A stretch of DNA of 64,000 bases from a virus. This document shows positions 8,624 through 19,584 of this stretch, piece after piece. Where the stretch lies: positions 32,001-96,000 of the IMG/VR virus record IMGVR_UViG_3300028073_000008; one strand, written 5' to 3'. Below the pieces are notes generated by a model that saw only the letters and a list, made by a program, of their open reading frames with translations, made no database searches and was not told where the DNA came from. The first letter of the stretch is position 1; every line of letters begins with the position of its first letter. A program made the position numbers and the translations under genes.

Positions 8624-10204
8624 ATGAGATTTTTCGAATTCAAACTTCCCAGTGCTAACTCACCTCTTTTAAACAAGATCGTAAGCTCTATTACAGATCT
8701 TGTAAATTCTGCTAAAAAACTGCCCGAAAATGATCCAGCACGTAAAGAAGCCGACGATCTCATTAATTCTCTTAAAAATAAAGCAGGTATAACAGAATCC
8801 GATGCTATTTCAGAATTAGAACATGATATGATTGTTGCCATAGCCAAAGCATTGATTTCGACAGGAAATCAACAGGCAACATTAAGTTTGATTGATATAG
8901 AAAAAATCAAGAAAAATATCGAAGTACAACAAAAAACTAAAAAGGTAGCACAAGCACATCAAGAGCTTGGTAAACAGCAATACGTAAAATCTCAAGAAAC
9001 TGATACTAGCGATCTTGACGAGATAGGAGCAGCGATCGAGAAAAAATTAGGAACACCTAAAGGATGGACTAAATCTAAAATCATTAATCCTTTATTGTCT
9101 GTAGGAATTGACAAAGAACTACTTTATGTGTTTCTAGATCAATGTGCGTCCGGCACGGCTATGAATTGGAATTTCAACGATGGAATTCACCCTATCACTG
9201 ATTTTAAATCGTTAATGTCTGACGAATCTAAAGAAATATTTTCTAACAAACAAGCTAAAGATATTCTTTTAACAGCCAGGTGGTCAGAAGCCGGCGGCGA
9301 AGGCGACGGAGAAGTGATGATAGGATTACTAGCAGATGCTAGCCATCCAGAGAAAGGTGATATCACAGTCAAAGGTGTTCCTTATGAAGTCAAAGCCACA
9401 GGATGGAGATTTAACAAAAAAGGCGATGTTAGTGGTACAGAAGCATGGTTAGATGCTGGTCCTTACTCGTCTAATATCGAAGGTGTTAAAGCTATCTTTA
9501 AGAAATTAATTAATGCCAGGGGTATTACTGCTTCTGAAGAAAATATAGCATTAGCTGATTTTAGAAAAGCAGGAACACAAAGTCTTAAACAGATAATGTC
9601 TCGTGTTAAAGATCCTGTTGATTTAATGTCGTCTTTACATTCTGCTGTGTTCCCTAATGCTGATAAAAATCAAATCAAACAGGCTTCTGAAAATATTGTA
9701 GCATCACAATATGATTACAGAGTATCGGCTAAGGAACAGGGATTACTAGCTATGGCAGAATATGCTGCCGAGCATGACAATTTTGGTTTTGTTTTTATCG
9801 ATAAAACTAATTTTAGTGGAATGATTTCTAAAAACGCAGTAGGAGAAAGTGAAGCATTTACATTTAGTTCTCCTATGACTATGTCAACAGCCAAAACCAC
9901 AGATGCTACAACTACTACTAAGAAAAGAAAAGCTAGTCCAGGAATAATGACTGGTTCTAGAGCACAAGCACAAAAGACTCTAGGTTGGCAATCTAAAAGA
10001 CAACCAGCACAACCAGCAGTATCTACAGCGTTAGCTAATGATCCAAAAAAGGGATTTTATTCTAAGTACGACAAAGCTACTATGGATCAAATCCTAACAA
10101 CTTTTAAAGATAGAAAACAATTAGTCGCCGATTACAAAAGTTTAACTCTGCCAGAGTTTGAAAAGAAGTATGTAGAACCCATACTTCAACCTAAACTTAT
10201 ATAA
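8624..10204 (+). CDS. hypothetical, possible PD-(D/E)xK nuclease-like fold
   Basis: GDGE...GDITVKGVPYEVKA; TAAATA upstream. Confidence 0.45.
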   Translation: MRFFEFKLPSANSPLLNKIVSSITDLVNSAKKLPENDPARKEADDLINSLKNKAGITESDAISELEHDMIVAIAKALISTGNQQATLSLIDIEKIKKNIEVQQKTKKVAQAHQELGKQQYVKSQETDTSDLDEIGAAIEKKLGTPKGWTKSKIINPLLSVGIDKELLYVFLDQCASGTAMNWNFNDGIHPITDFKSLMSDESKEIFSNKQAKDILLTARWSEAGGEGDGEVMIGLLADASHPEKGDITVKGVPYEVKATGWRFNKKGDVSGTEAWLDAGPYSSNIEGVKAIFKKLINARGITASEENIALADFRKAGTQSLKQIMSRVKDPVDLMSSLHSAVFPNADKNQIKQASENIVASQYDYRVSAKEQGLLAMAEYAAEHDNFGFVFIDKTNFSGMISKNAVGESEAFTFSSPMTMSTAKTTDATTTTKKRKASPGIMTGSRAQAQKTLGWQSKRQPAQPAVSTALANDPKKGFYSKYDKATMDQILTTFKDRKQLVADYKSLTLPEFEKKYVEPILQPKLI

Positions 10205-11273
10205 TCTTTTCCCAAGAAATATATTCAGGATCTGTAAATTCCTGTAGACGTGCTGTAGGATTTGTCTTGAACATGCCGCTGGCATATCTCACATAAACAT
10301 CTAGCAGTGCGTTATTCTCCGCACCAGGTTTGCCTATCTTGGCAACGAACAACTGTCCAGTACCGTCTGGATTCCCATATTTGAGATCATTAAGACTCAA
10401 TTCGCCTACTTGCTCTTTAGTAGGCACGAGGTAGAGACTGTCACCGTTGGTATAGAAGTAAGGAGTGTCTGTAAACTGTAGCAGATCAACTAATAGATCA
10501 CTGTTCTGTAGATGACCTTTGATCGTGGTTTCAAACTTTTCTGCTATCTCTGAAAAGTATGGTTTGATGAGATCTCTGTAAGTTTCCCAATTGGCATTAA
10601 ACCAATCACCGAACACACGCTGCCATGTCTTGTTCTGTTTGAGATTACTTAAAATCTGCTCTCTAGTAAAGTCTTTGATTTTTACACCATTACTGATCTC
10701 ATAACCAGTTTCTGTAGTCCTGATAAAATACTTGGCATCATCGGATGGCCATACATTGGCTACTGTGATATGATCTAGAAGATCAGTAAACACCTTGTGT
10801 TTGATAGATACCCATTGTTCGACATTGCCATATGTGACAAAGATATCTTCACCGCGTACAGTTTCCAAACCTAAAGATTTAGGTTTAAGGTTAGCCAACA
10901 TCTTAGAGCCAGCTTTTACCTGTATACCGCCTGTAGCAGCATCGTGGAATCGAACGTCATATGGACCACCGGCGATATTATTACCAGCTGCCCAACTGTA
11001 TTTGGTATTATTTGTAATACCGCCACGTTTTTCTAAAGTGGGTTTTTGTTGTTTGGCTGTAGCTGCCCAACTGTTGAATACTTCGGGTTCGTATGCTTTA
11101 GCCAAAAAAGTCTTTATATAACCATATACTTTGTTAGGATCATATAGCTTATCAGATGGCAGTGATTTTTCAGGTTCTAGTGGGTCGAAATTTCCGGAAC
11201 CTATAAGCCCGAATAGGTAACCCACTTCGCTGTTAAATCTTACTGTGTTTGTAGATTTACGTTCTTTAGTCAT
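10197..11273 (-). CDS. hypothetical, weak nuclease-like motif
   Basis: 358 aa ORF; YDV...GIQVK. Confidence 0.45.
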   Translation of the reverse strand: MTKERKSTNTVRFNSEVGYLFGLIGSGNFDPLEPEKSLPSDKLYDPNKVYGYIKTFLAKAYEPEVFNSWAATAKQQKPTLEKRGGITNNTKYSWAAGNNIAGGPYDVRFHDAATGGIQVKAGSKMLANLKPKSLGLETVRGEDIFVTYGNVEQWVSIKHKVFTDLLDHITVANVWPSDDAKYFIRTTETGYEISNGVKIKDFTREQILSNLKQNKTWQRVFGDWFNANWETYRDLIKPYFSEIAEKFETTIKGHLQNSDLLVDLLQFTDTPYFYTNGDSLYLVPTKEQVGELSLNDLKYGNPDGTGQLFVAKIGKPGAENNALLDVYVRYASGMFKTNPTARLQEFTDPEYISWEKII

Positions 11274-11379
11274 ATTACGTTAATTTTAGCATTATACAGA
11301 TAATTTGTAAAGTCTGTTTTTAATTTATAGCCGGGATTGGGTAAATACCTATAAGAAAGATTCGTCCCGGGAGTGAACA

Positions 11380-11823
11380 ATGTATAAAAGGATATGTATT
11401 CTTCTAGTAGCACTGACTACGTCAGCACAGGCTACAGAACTGGTACATCAATTCCAAAGTCCGGCCTTTATACCGGGCAATGGATACTCCTCTCATGTCC
11501 TAGCTATTGAGCAGCTAGAGTCGCAGCGCAAACAAAAGATCAAAGATGACGAAAAAGCAGCCATAGAAGCAGAAGCATTGGCTAAGAAAAATACGAACCT
11601 ATCCAAGTTTCTAGTAAACGTAGAAGCTAGAATATATGCGCAGTTATCTAAGCAGCTAGCAGATCAGCTGTTTGCCGAAGGTGGAGCTACGAACGGCACT
11701 ATGAACTTCCAGGGAACCAATATTAGTTGGGTTAAGACAGGCACAGAAGTTACTTTAACCATTATCGAATCTAATGGCAGCAAAACAGAAATAACAGTAC
11801 CTATAGCGAGCTTTTCTTTCTAA
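11380..11823 (+). CDS. csgF: curli assembly component CsgF-like
   Basis: signal peptide then ATELVHQFQSPAF.GNG; adjacent to csgG. Confidence 0.8.
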   Translation: MYKRICILLVALTTSAQATELVHQFQSPAFIPGNGYSSHVLAIEQLESQRKQKIKDDEKAAIEAEALAKKNTNLSKFLVNVEARIYAQLSKQLADQLFAEGGATNGTMNFQGTNISWVKTGTEVTLTIIESNGSKTEITVPIASFSF

Positions 11824-13001
11824 TGAAAAAAATATTATTGATACCGCTGCTAGCATTGGTTTTGTCTGGGTGTGCTACAGTTCACATGGAACTGGCACAG
11901 GAAGAACCTGTGGCTATACAACCAAAACAAAACCTGTATGATAAGATACCACCATTAGATGGTCCACCTATGACTGTAGCAGTGTATGGTTTTACTGACA
12001 AAACTGGACAGATGAAACCCAATGATAAATTGGCAGTTTTCAGTAAAGCGGTAACACAAGGAGCAGAAGTATTTCTTATCAAAGCTCTACAAGATACCAA
12101 ATGGTTCCGTGTAGTAGAACGTGTTGGTCTTGATAATCTAATCAAAGAACGCCAGCTGATACGCAATCAACGAGAAGTATATGAAGGTAAAGATGCTAAA
12201 CCATTAGCACCTATGGTAGTAGCCGGAGTGATGATCGAAGGTGGTATCATAGGCTACGACAGTAACATTAGATCAGGTGGTAATGGTGCTAGATTCTTAG
12301 GTATCGGAGGAAGCCAACAATACAGAGTAGATGAGATAGTTATATCTATGCGTTTGATCAGTGTAAACACAGGAGAAGTTATATTAACTAACTCTGTTAG
12401 TAAAACAATTTATAGCACACAGCATAATGTGGGTGTGCTACGTTTCGTAGATGCAGGTACCAAAGCAGTAGAGCTAGAAAATGGTCAAGCATTAAACGAA
12501 CCAACTACTTATGCTGTTCGTGTTGCGATCGAACAGGCTGTTTATGACATGATCATGGACGGACAACGCAGAGGTTTTTGGCGTTTCAAACTTCCATTGC
12601 GTCAAACACCTCCTTTACCTGAGGAGAAAAAAGATGAGTTGGTTCAACCACAGAGCGAGACGCAGAAAGAAACCAATCCAGCCGCCGCCACAAGAGCAGC
12701 GCCTGCCGCAGAAACCAAACCAGCAGTAGTAGCAACTCCTGCTGAAACCAGATTAATAGTTACACCATCACAACAGGCACAATTAGTTGGCAAAAAAGGC
12801 AAAATGAAAGACACGATTTATGTTAGGAGAGAACCTAACGAAACTTCTACTCGAGTTTGGCTGTTTACAAAAAGCACAGTAGTAAATGTAACAGAAGAAA
12901 ACGGAGAGTGGATCAAAATAGTTGCCGAGGACGGCAAGAAAGGATATGTTAAGAGAGATAGCATAACTGTAGATAGTAGTACCAACAATACTGGTCGATA
13001 A
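11823..13001 (+). CDS. csgG: curli secretion pore CsgG-like lipoprotein with C-terminal SH3-like domain
   Basis: LSGC lipobox, AVYGFTDKTGQ, FSKAVTQG, VERVGLDNLIKERQLIR. Confidence 0.9.
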   Translation: MKKILLIPLLALVLSGCATVHMELAQEEPVAIQPKQNLYDKIPPLDGPPMTVAVYGFTDKTGQMKPNDKLAVFSKAVTQGAEVFLIKALQDTKWFRVVERVGLDNLIKERQLIRNQREVYEGKDAKPLAPMVVAGVMIEGGIIGYDSNIRSGGNGARFLGIGGSQQYRVDEIVISMRLISVNTGEVILTNSVSKTIYSTQHNVGVLRFVDAGTKAVELENGQALNEPTTYAVRVAIEQAVYDMIMDGQRRGFWRFKLPLRQTPPLPEEKKDELVQPQSETQKETNPAAATRAAPAAETKPAVVATPAETRLIVTPSQQAQLVGKKGKMKDTIYVRREPNETSTRVWLFTKSTVVNVTEENGEWIKIVAEDGKKGYVKRDSITVDSSTNNTGR

Positions 13002-13021
13002 ATTGGCCAAGGCGGAGCGAA

Positions 13022-13684
13022 ATGAAAACGAGAATGACGGGTATAGGCAAACCTAGCACAATTGCCTTAGTAGCGGCAATGCTATTTTCAAGCGTAGCAT
13101 TAGCCAACGATCTTTACATCGAACAATCGGGCGATGATACGGCTGTGACTATCTTACAAGACGGATCGCAGAATAAGATCGAAGGACTTACTCCTGGAGA
13201 TAATGCTTATATCGGAGGTGGCGGTAACGTTGTTAATATCCAACAAGTTGGCGCTAACAACCTTATTTCTCTATCTTTGAATAACCCTAACATGGGTGGA
13301 GTGGGTACAGGTACAGCTCTTACGATAAATCAGCTTGGTAACGATAATATTTCTACTGTACAATGCGGTACATCTTTGGCTGCTACCTGTAATGCTTCAG
13401 TTATCACTCAAAACATCACTGGTAGTAGCAACGATGTAACTCAGACCTTGACAGGTGGCGGTGCTTACAGCAGCGTGGTCAATGTCACAGGCGATTGGAC
13501 CAAAGTCACTCATACACAAACAGGTGCAGGAGCGCACACAGGAAACATCACCGTGAACAGCACAGCGACTTCGCTAGCTGATAAAAATAATGTATCCTTG
13601 ACGCAGACAGGAGCGATAGCGAAAAGTGCCACGATCAGCAGTTCAGGAGCTAATATTAATATTTCTGTTACTCAGCACGACTAA
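13022..13684 (+). CDS. curlin-like repeat protein
   Basis: signal peptide; repeated I.Q.G..N units. Confidence 0.7.
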   Translation: MKTRMTGIGKPSTIALVAAMLFSSVALANDLYIEQSGDDTAVTILQDGSQNKIEGLTPGDNAYIGGGGNVVNIQQVGANNLISLSLNNPNMGGVGTGTALTINQLGNDNISTVQCGTSLAATCNASVITQNITGSSNDVTQTLTGGGAYSSVVNVTGDWTKVTHTQTGAGAHTGNITVNSTATSLADKNNVSLTQTGAIAKSATISSSGANINISVTQHD

Positions 13685-14723
13685 TGTCTGGGCAGGAGTA
13701 GGAACAGTAACTGAACAAACTGGTCCTACAGAAATATTTAGAGCTAAGAAATCTATACCTTCGAGCCTAAACACGGCTGTGGAAATGAATGACGCAGTTT
13801 CCACAGCCAAGGCTACTGCTCAGCTGACCTTTGAAGACAAGACTACAGTAAAGATCAACGAGCATAGCAAAATAGTCATAGATGATTTTGTCTACGATCC
13901 TAACAAAGGTTCAGGAAAACTGGCCATGAAGATGGCCATAGGCACTGCTCGCTATACGTCAGGACAGATAGCTAAAAATAGTCCACAACAGGTAGCCATC
14001 AATACTCCTACAGCCAGTGTAGGTGTGCGTGGTACTGATTTTTCTATGACTGTAGACGAGATGGGGCGCAGTCTTATCGTGCTATTACCTAGCTGCGATA
14101 AAAAAGGCTGTGTAACTGGTGCTATCGAAGTGCGCAATGAAGGAGGTGTTGTCATATTAGATGTTCCTTTCCAAGCTACCATGGTCAACACTGCTTATCA
14201 AGCACCTAGCCAACCAGTGGTAGTTAGATTAGATCAAGCTAGTATCAGTAATATGTTGATCATCAGTAAACCAGCAGAAATACAAGATGACGGTAGTGAA
14301 CATAAAAAAGCTCTAAGAGAAAGAGGACTACTTGACTTTGATAAACTAGATGTAGATCTATTGAAATATACCAAGCTAGATGAAAATAAACTAGATGATA
14401 ACAGAGCACTAGATCGTAACGATCTTAATGCTGACCTACTGGCTTTTTATGCGTGGAACGAGTTAGACGCACAGAATAAAACACTGTTAGCTAATGACAT
14501 GGATAATAGTCTGTTACCTAACTATAATGCTGCTAGCGGCCTATTATATTATTTCAATGAAGATCAAAGCAAAGTCACGCTATACCGTGTGACTAATCAT
14601 ACAGCCGTAGTCACACTGCCTACTACACAAAATACTACGCTGAGTATAAACCAAGACGGCCAGCAGGTCGTACAGCAGGTAAACAAGGGTGCTACATCCA
14701 CTATTACTATAACTCAAAAGTAA
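13626..14723 (+). CDS. FecR-domain protein
   Basis: F.D.T...I.EHS, TPTASVGVRGTDF. Confidence 0.8.
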   Translation: MPRSAVQELILIFLLLSTTNVWAGVGTVTEQTGPTEIFRAKKSIPSSLNTAVEMNDAVSTAKATAQLTFEDKTTVKINEHSKIVIDDFVYDPNKGSGKLAMKMAIGTARYTSGQIAKNSPQQVAINTPTASVGVRGTDFSMTVDEMGRSLIVLLPSCDKKGCVTGAIEVRNEGGVVILDVPFQATMVNTAYQAPSQPVVVRLDQASISNMLIISKPAEIQDDGSEHKKALRERGLLDFDKLDVDLLKYTKLDENKLDDNRALDRNDLNADLLAFYAWNELDAQNKTLLANDMDNSLLPNYNAASGLLYYFNEDQSKVTLYRVTNHTAVVTLPTTQNTTLSINQDGQQVVQQVNKGATSTITITQK

Positions 14724-14781
14724 TAGTTTAATTTTTACCGACTTATCTTTAAATAACTATACTAACCGGGAGCGAATCGGT

Positions 14782-17343
14782 ATGAAAATTAAAAGAAGCC
14801 TTCTGGCGGTTGCCATCACCGCCTTATTGTCAGGTACGGCCATGGCGCAAAACTATGGTTTCGAGGATGGAACATTAACAGGATGGACAGTCGGTGGTGA
14901 CACTGGCGCTACTCCAACAACAGGTACTGTAAATGGTTTTACAGGCACTGTTAACAATATTACACAACAAGGCATGGGAGTTAAGCTCTTAAACGGTCCT
15001 ATCGCCTTCCAAGCAGGTTCACACCCAGCAGTAGGTACGCCAGGTACTGATTATTATCAACCTGCTGTTACTCCAAAGACTTGGGTATTCAGTCCTTATG
15101 GTAACTACATGGTTGGTCTACAACCTAACCAAGGACAAAGCTCAGCAGCATTTACAGCATTGGGTCTAACAAGTTCTTCTGTAGCAGCTATCAATCAAAC
15201 GATCACGGATCAAAAGAACGCAGCTGGTTATGGTATGACTGGTATCACAACAGCAGCATGGATCTATCGTGATGTTGCTATGACCCCAGGAACTACTGTG
15301 AAGTTTGGTTGGAACTATATCGGTACAGACTATGTGCCATTCAATGATGGTTCTATAGCATCATTGGTCCACACAACGGACAACACCATACTAGGTACGG
15401 TCAACAACTATAATGCTCAGTATGCGTTATTAGGTTTTACTAATCCTAAGACAGGTGACTACTCAGCAGGAACATTTGGTTCTACTGGTTGGCAGATCGC
15501 TACATTCGATGTCACAACAGCAGGTACATATAAACTAGGTTTTGCTTCTTTCAACCTAGGCGACACTGCTCTTAGTCCACTACTGCTAGTAGACGAATGG
15601 CAAGGCGCTACAGTGACCTGTGTCACAGGAACTTGTACTACATTTGGTGTAGTTGCTCCTAACAACTCAACAGCACCAACAGCAGACTCAGCCGGTGGTT
15701 CGGGTTCGGGAGGCAGTGGTTCGAGTGGAAGTGGATCAGGTGGCGGATCAAGTGGTCCTACATTAGTCAACAATATCACTGGCGCGGTAACAACAGCGAC
15801 TCTAGACACAGCACCTAAGTTCAACGGTGGTACACTGACAGTATCAGACGGTGACATTATTGTCAAGAACTTTACTGTGGCAACAGCTGGTGGTACGATC
15901 AACACAGGTACAGGCGCAGTATCACAGATAAACGGTGTCATCAGCAATGACGGAACAGATACCGCAGGTCCTATAACAGTAACAGGTAACGGCACACTTA
16001 AACTAAATGCTGCCAATACCTACACAGGCGCGACCACTATCGACAATGGCGCTACAGTGGTAGCACTGAACTCAAATGCTCTAGGGGGAAGTTCCAGTGT
16101 TACTAACAATGGTGGCTTGAACATCACTGGCACAGGCGCTACTGGCCTTAATGTAAACAGCTACACACAGGGTGCTAATGGCGGCTTGATCGGAAAACTA
16201 TGGGCTAACGGAGATGCTACTAAAATCAACTCCACAGGTCCAGTGAGCCTAGCAGGCACATACTCATTGTATGGCGATGCTACAGGCACATATAGCATTG
16301 GCAAGTATCCATTGATCACCGGATCTAGTGTGTCTGGACAGTTTGACACATTTGCCAGCAACTTGGGCAACTACACAGATCTAGGCTACTACTTAAAGTA
16401 TACACCAACAGGCGTACAACTTTGGATGACTCCTAATGCTGCTGCCACACAGGCCAGCATCGACACAACGGCCAACAGCATTAGCAGTAACAACAGCCTA
16501 CAGGCCAGCGTGTTGAACAGCAGTCTAGGCAATGACTCTAATATGTACGGTGATACAAACAGTTCTGTAACAGTCAGTTACGGTAACACTAAAGTTGGCA
16601 CAGGCGATCTAAACACAGCAGGCATCACAGCTTCTAAGAAGATCAACGACAACTGGCGTGTTGGCGTGTTTGCTGATCAACCATTGAACAGCTCAACAGT
16701 CGGTGGCGTCACACAAAAGAACGACATGGGCTTTGGTGGATTTGTAGCATGGAATCAAAATGCTGATCAGACAGGTCTAGGCATACAGGCCAGTGCTGTA
16801 CAGAACAAAGGCGAAGCTACCATTACACGTACAGGTCCAGAGACAGGTGTAGGCAAGGCAGCTACAGAAGGCAAGGCATATCAAGTTAAAGTTTCCTATG
16901 CTAAACCAATCAATGAAAAAACTACCGTAACTCCTTATGTTGGCATCCGTCAGACCGAAGTCAAGACAAATGGTTACACAGAACAAGGCGCGGTGTTTCC
17001 TTTGACTGTGAACAGCAATACACATTCAACGACAGATGCTCTAGCAGGTGTTGGTGTTAGCCATAAACTAACAGACAAACTAACAGCTACAGGCGCAGTT
17101 GGTGTTACACAGAATGTGAGTTCTAGCACAGGCAGCTTCAGCGGCACAAGCGACATTGCTGGCAAAGGCACATTCAACAACGCATTACCTAACAATGGTA
17201 AGACCAGCGTTGGTGTAGGTGCTGGACTAAGCTATCAGCTAACCAAGAACTCAAAGATCGGCGTAAATGTAGGTTTCCAAGACAAGACACCTAGCGGTAA
17301 TAATGTAGGATCAATAGGCATAAGCTATACACTAGCGTTCTAA
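14782..17343 (+). CDS. autotransporter-like outer membrane protein
   Basis: signal peptide, G.GTL.L..ANTYTG.T repeat, Gly-Ser linker, beta-barrel ending in F. Confidence 0.8.
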   Translation: MKIKRSLLAVAITALLSGTAMAQNYGFEDGTLTGWTVGGDTGATPTTGTVNGFTGTVNNITQQGMGVKLLNGPIAFQAGSHPAVGTPGTDYYQPAVTPKTWVFSPYGNYMVGLQPNQGQSSAAFTALGLTSSSVAAINQTITDQKNAAGYGMTGITTAAWIYRDVAMTPGTTVKFGWNYIGTDYVPFNDGSIASLVHTTDNTILGTVNNYNAQYALLGFTNPKTGDYSAGTFGSTGWQIATFDVTTAGTYKLGFASFNLGDTALSPLLLVDEWQGATVTCVTGTCTTFGVVAPNNSTAPTADSAGGSGSGGSGSSGSGSGGGSSGPTLVNNITGAVTTATLDTAPKFNGGTLTVSDGDIIVKNFTVATAGGTINTGTGAVSQINGVISNDGTDTAGPITVTGNGTLKLNAANTYTGATTIDNGATVVALNSNALGGSSSVTNNGGLNITGTGATGLNVNSYTQGANGGLIGKLWANGDATKINSTGPVSLAGTYSLYGDATGTYSIGKYPLITGSSVSGQFDTFASNLGNYTDLGYYLKYTPTGVQLWMTPNAAATQASIDTTANSISSNNSLQASVLNSSLGNDSNMYGDTNSSVTVSYGNTKVGTGDLNTAGITASKKINDNWRVGVFADQPLNSSTVGGVTQKNDMGFGGFVAWNQNADQTGLGIQASAVQNKGEATITRTGPETGVGKAATEGKAYQVKVSYAKPINEKTTVTPYVGIRQTEVKTNGYTEQGAVFPLTVNSNTHSTTDALAGVGVSHKLTDKLTATGAVGVTQNVSSSTGSFSGTSDIAGKGTFNNALPNNGKTSVGVGAGLSYQLTKNSKIGVNVGFQDKTPSGNNVGSIGISYTLAF

Positions 17344-17369
17344 TAAATATTAGCAGAAGGGAGACAGCC

Positions 17370-17693
17370 ATGCGTACAAAAATATACATGGCGTTCCTAT
17401 TTTGCTTGACCAGCTCTATAGCCAACGCCGATTCGGTATTATTTCAAACTAACAAACCAGTCGTTTGTTCTGATTTAAAATCTATTGTTGAAACTTTAGG
17501 TGAGTCTGAAATAGATGAAAAGCCTATCTTCAAAGGTAAAGATGATAGAGCTACTTATTTTCTCAGTCTGAATAAGAAAACCGGATCCTGGACTATGGTA
17601 CAATTTAGAGAAGATGTTGCCTGTATCCTAGGATTTGGTAAAGATGGAAAGACTTATAATCTAGACGAAGTATTATCTAAGCGTAGAGATTAA
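17370..17693 (+). CDS. small secreted hypothetical protein
   Basis: signal peptide, two Cys. Confidence 0.6.
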   Translation: MRTKIYMAFLFCLTSSIANADSVLFQTNKPVVCSDLKSIVETLGESEIDEKPIFKGKDDRATYFLSLNKKTGSWTMVQFREDVACILGFGKDGKTYNLDEVLSKRRD

Positions 17694-18523
17694 AGATTAG
17701 CTTTCCACCCAAAAAGGGCCGTCTTTGCGTTCTTGCGCAATATGTCGGTCCTTTCTTGTGATCGCTTCTCGCTCAATTCTTTTTTGATAAACTCTGGATC
17801 TAGGATAGTTTTCTCTGTCAAAATACCTTGTATGAATCCTTCAGTGACATCTAACGGAACGCCGTTTGTAAATGTATCAAATAACTTTTGTGCGAACACT
17901 TCGTGATTGCTAAGACACATGTGATTAAATCTAGGATCAAACATCTTGATCACTCTGTTATAATCATCACCGTCTTTGATATTTGGTATTTCTTTGAAGC
18001 TTACACATTCGGTTAGATCGCCCGTACCGAATATGATATGTTCATATTCTTTTGCTATAAAGTAATCCTGCTTGTGGGCGTTGATAACTATAGGTCTACG
18101 CCATTTGCGGAAGTATGTATTGTAAGCCAACCATCCCAATCTGTTTTCTACTTCTGTACTATCTAATAAAGGACGTTGTATGTGTTTATCCCACAGTTCT
18201 CCGGCCTTGGCCAGATCCCAAGATACCTTGCCTTCTCTAGCATAGACATGTAGGTGCGCGGGTTTACCGATAGAAGGGTCATCGTGTACGTACCATTTAC
18301 GAGCAGGATGCGTCATTACGATGACCTGATAATCATCGGGTTGTATTTCTTTACACAACGCATGTTGCGCAGCAAAAGTATATTCTTGGCTGCTGCCTAA
18401 CACACCATAATTTCTAACTTCAGTGATACCTAATTTAGTCGCCAACAGTCCCGGCCAGCAATTCATCTCTCCTTTTGTCTCGAAGTTGACAAAACTATCT
18501 CCCCACACCCACAATCTACTCAT
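17690..18523 (-). CDS. SGNH/GDSL-like hypothetical
   Basis: GDSF ... RFNHM. Confidence 0.55.
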   Translation of the reverse strand: MSRLWVWGDSFVNFETKGEMNCWPGLLATKLGITEVRNYGVLGSSQEYTFAAQHALCKEIQPDDYQVIVMTHPARKWYVHDDPSIGKPAHLHVYAREGKVSWDLAKAGELWDKHIQRPLLDSTEVENRLGWLAYNTYFRKWRRPIVINAHKQDYFIAKEYEHIIFGTGDLTECVSFKEIPNIKDGDDYNRVIKMFDPRFNHMCLSNHEVFAQKLFDTFTNGVPLDVTEGFIQGILTEKTILDPEFIKKELSEKRSQERTDILRKNAKTALFGWKANL

Positions 18524-19347
18524 TTTCTTAACCCTAACTTTTCTGCCCAGGGCACACGGAATTCGTTTTTGCTCTGTTTGAATACTTCTACCCTAGCTTT
18601 ACATAATTCATTTTCTACAAATGTTGAATCGTCTATACGAGACCTATCTATGATGTCTGCGATAAATCCTGTGGTTAGATCTATATCTTTTCCTTCGGTC
18701 ATATATGATTTTATCTTATCAGCTAGTATAGCATGATTGGATAAGCACATATGATTGTACCTGACATCTCTACCTTTGAATAATGAACTACGAAACTCGT
18801 AGGTTTTAGGTCCTATAGGTTCGCCGTCGGCTATATCATTTAGACAACCGTTAGCAAAAGTTAAACCAGGATATAACGAACGATCTTCTATAAATTGATC
18901 AAAGGCTAACAGGATAATAGGTTTGCGCCATCCATGTATAGTAACCATATGATTCAACCAACCTAGCCTATGTTCTAATTGTAGACTGTCTAGTTGCATT
19001 CTCTGTATATGTTTGATATAAAGTTCTGCTGCTTTAAGTCTTTCTGGTTCGATTACTTTGTCAATGTCCGCGATATGGATATTAGTCGCTCCAGGTCTAT
19101 CTTCAAAAAACCAATATCTGCTAGGATGTGTAAGTACAATTAGTAACTGATCATCTTTGGTAAGATTTGGACGGAGTCTGTTTATACCCTCCCATGACCA
19201 ATCTTGGCTAACGCCTGCTTGGCTGTAGTTCTTTAGCGTATAGCCGAGATCATTGGCTACTTTGTAAAACCATACATTTGGATTGTCGTCGTCGGGCTCT
19301 GAAAAACTGAAACTGTCTCCAGTGACCCATAATGTTGAATTAGGCAT
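18520..19347 (-). CDS. SGNH/GDSL-like hypothetical, paralog of neighbour
   Basis: GDSF, THPSR, RYNHMCLSNH shared with 17690..18523. Confidence 0.55.
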   Translation of the reverse strand: MPNSTLWVTGDSFSFSEPDDDNPNVWFYKVANDLGYTLKNYSQAGVSQDWSWEGINRLRPNLTKDDQLLIVLTHPSRYWFFEDRPGATNIHIADIDKVIEPERLKAAELYIKHIQRMQLDSLQLEHRLGWLNHMVTIHGWRKPIILLAFDQFIEDRSLYPGLTFANGCLNDIADGEPIGPKTYEFRSSLFKGRDVRYNHMCLSNHAILADKIKSYMTEGKDIDLTTGFIADIIDRSRIDDSTFVENELCKARVEVFKQSKNEFRVPWAEKLGLRK

Positions 19348-19431
19348 AATCTAATTTATGCTTTAGAAATTTTACGTTCAAAGATCTAGGTTTTATGTGT
19401 GCTAAATATTCTAGCATTATGGATTCTACGT

Positions 19432-19584
19432 ATGAAACTTAAAACTTCTGTGATTATCTTGATATCAAGTATATTACTATCCGGCTGCGCAGGCATACGT
19501 TTCTGCGAAAAAGAAGAATCATCTAAAACTGGTTGTCGTCCTTGGGATCCTGCTACGAGATCAGGGGGGTCAGTTAGATCATGA
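19432..19584 (+). CDS. small lipoprotein
   Basis: LLSGC lipobox; ATGA overlap with cyclase. Confidence 0.55.
   Translation: MKLKTSVIILISSILLSGCAGIRFCEKEESSKTGCRPWDPATRSGGSVRS

Noticed and set aside
15688-15760. Gly-Ser low-complexity repeat
   Set aside because: An ordinary flexible linker in the autotransporter with varied codons.
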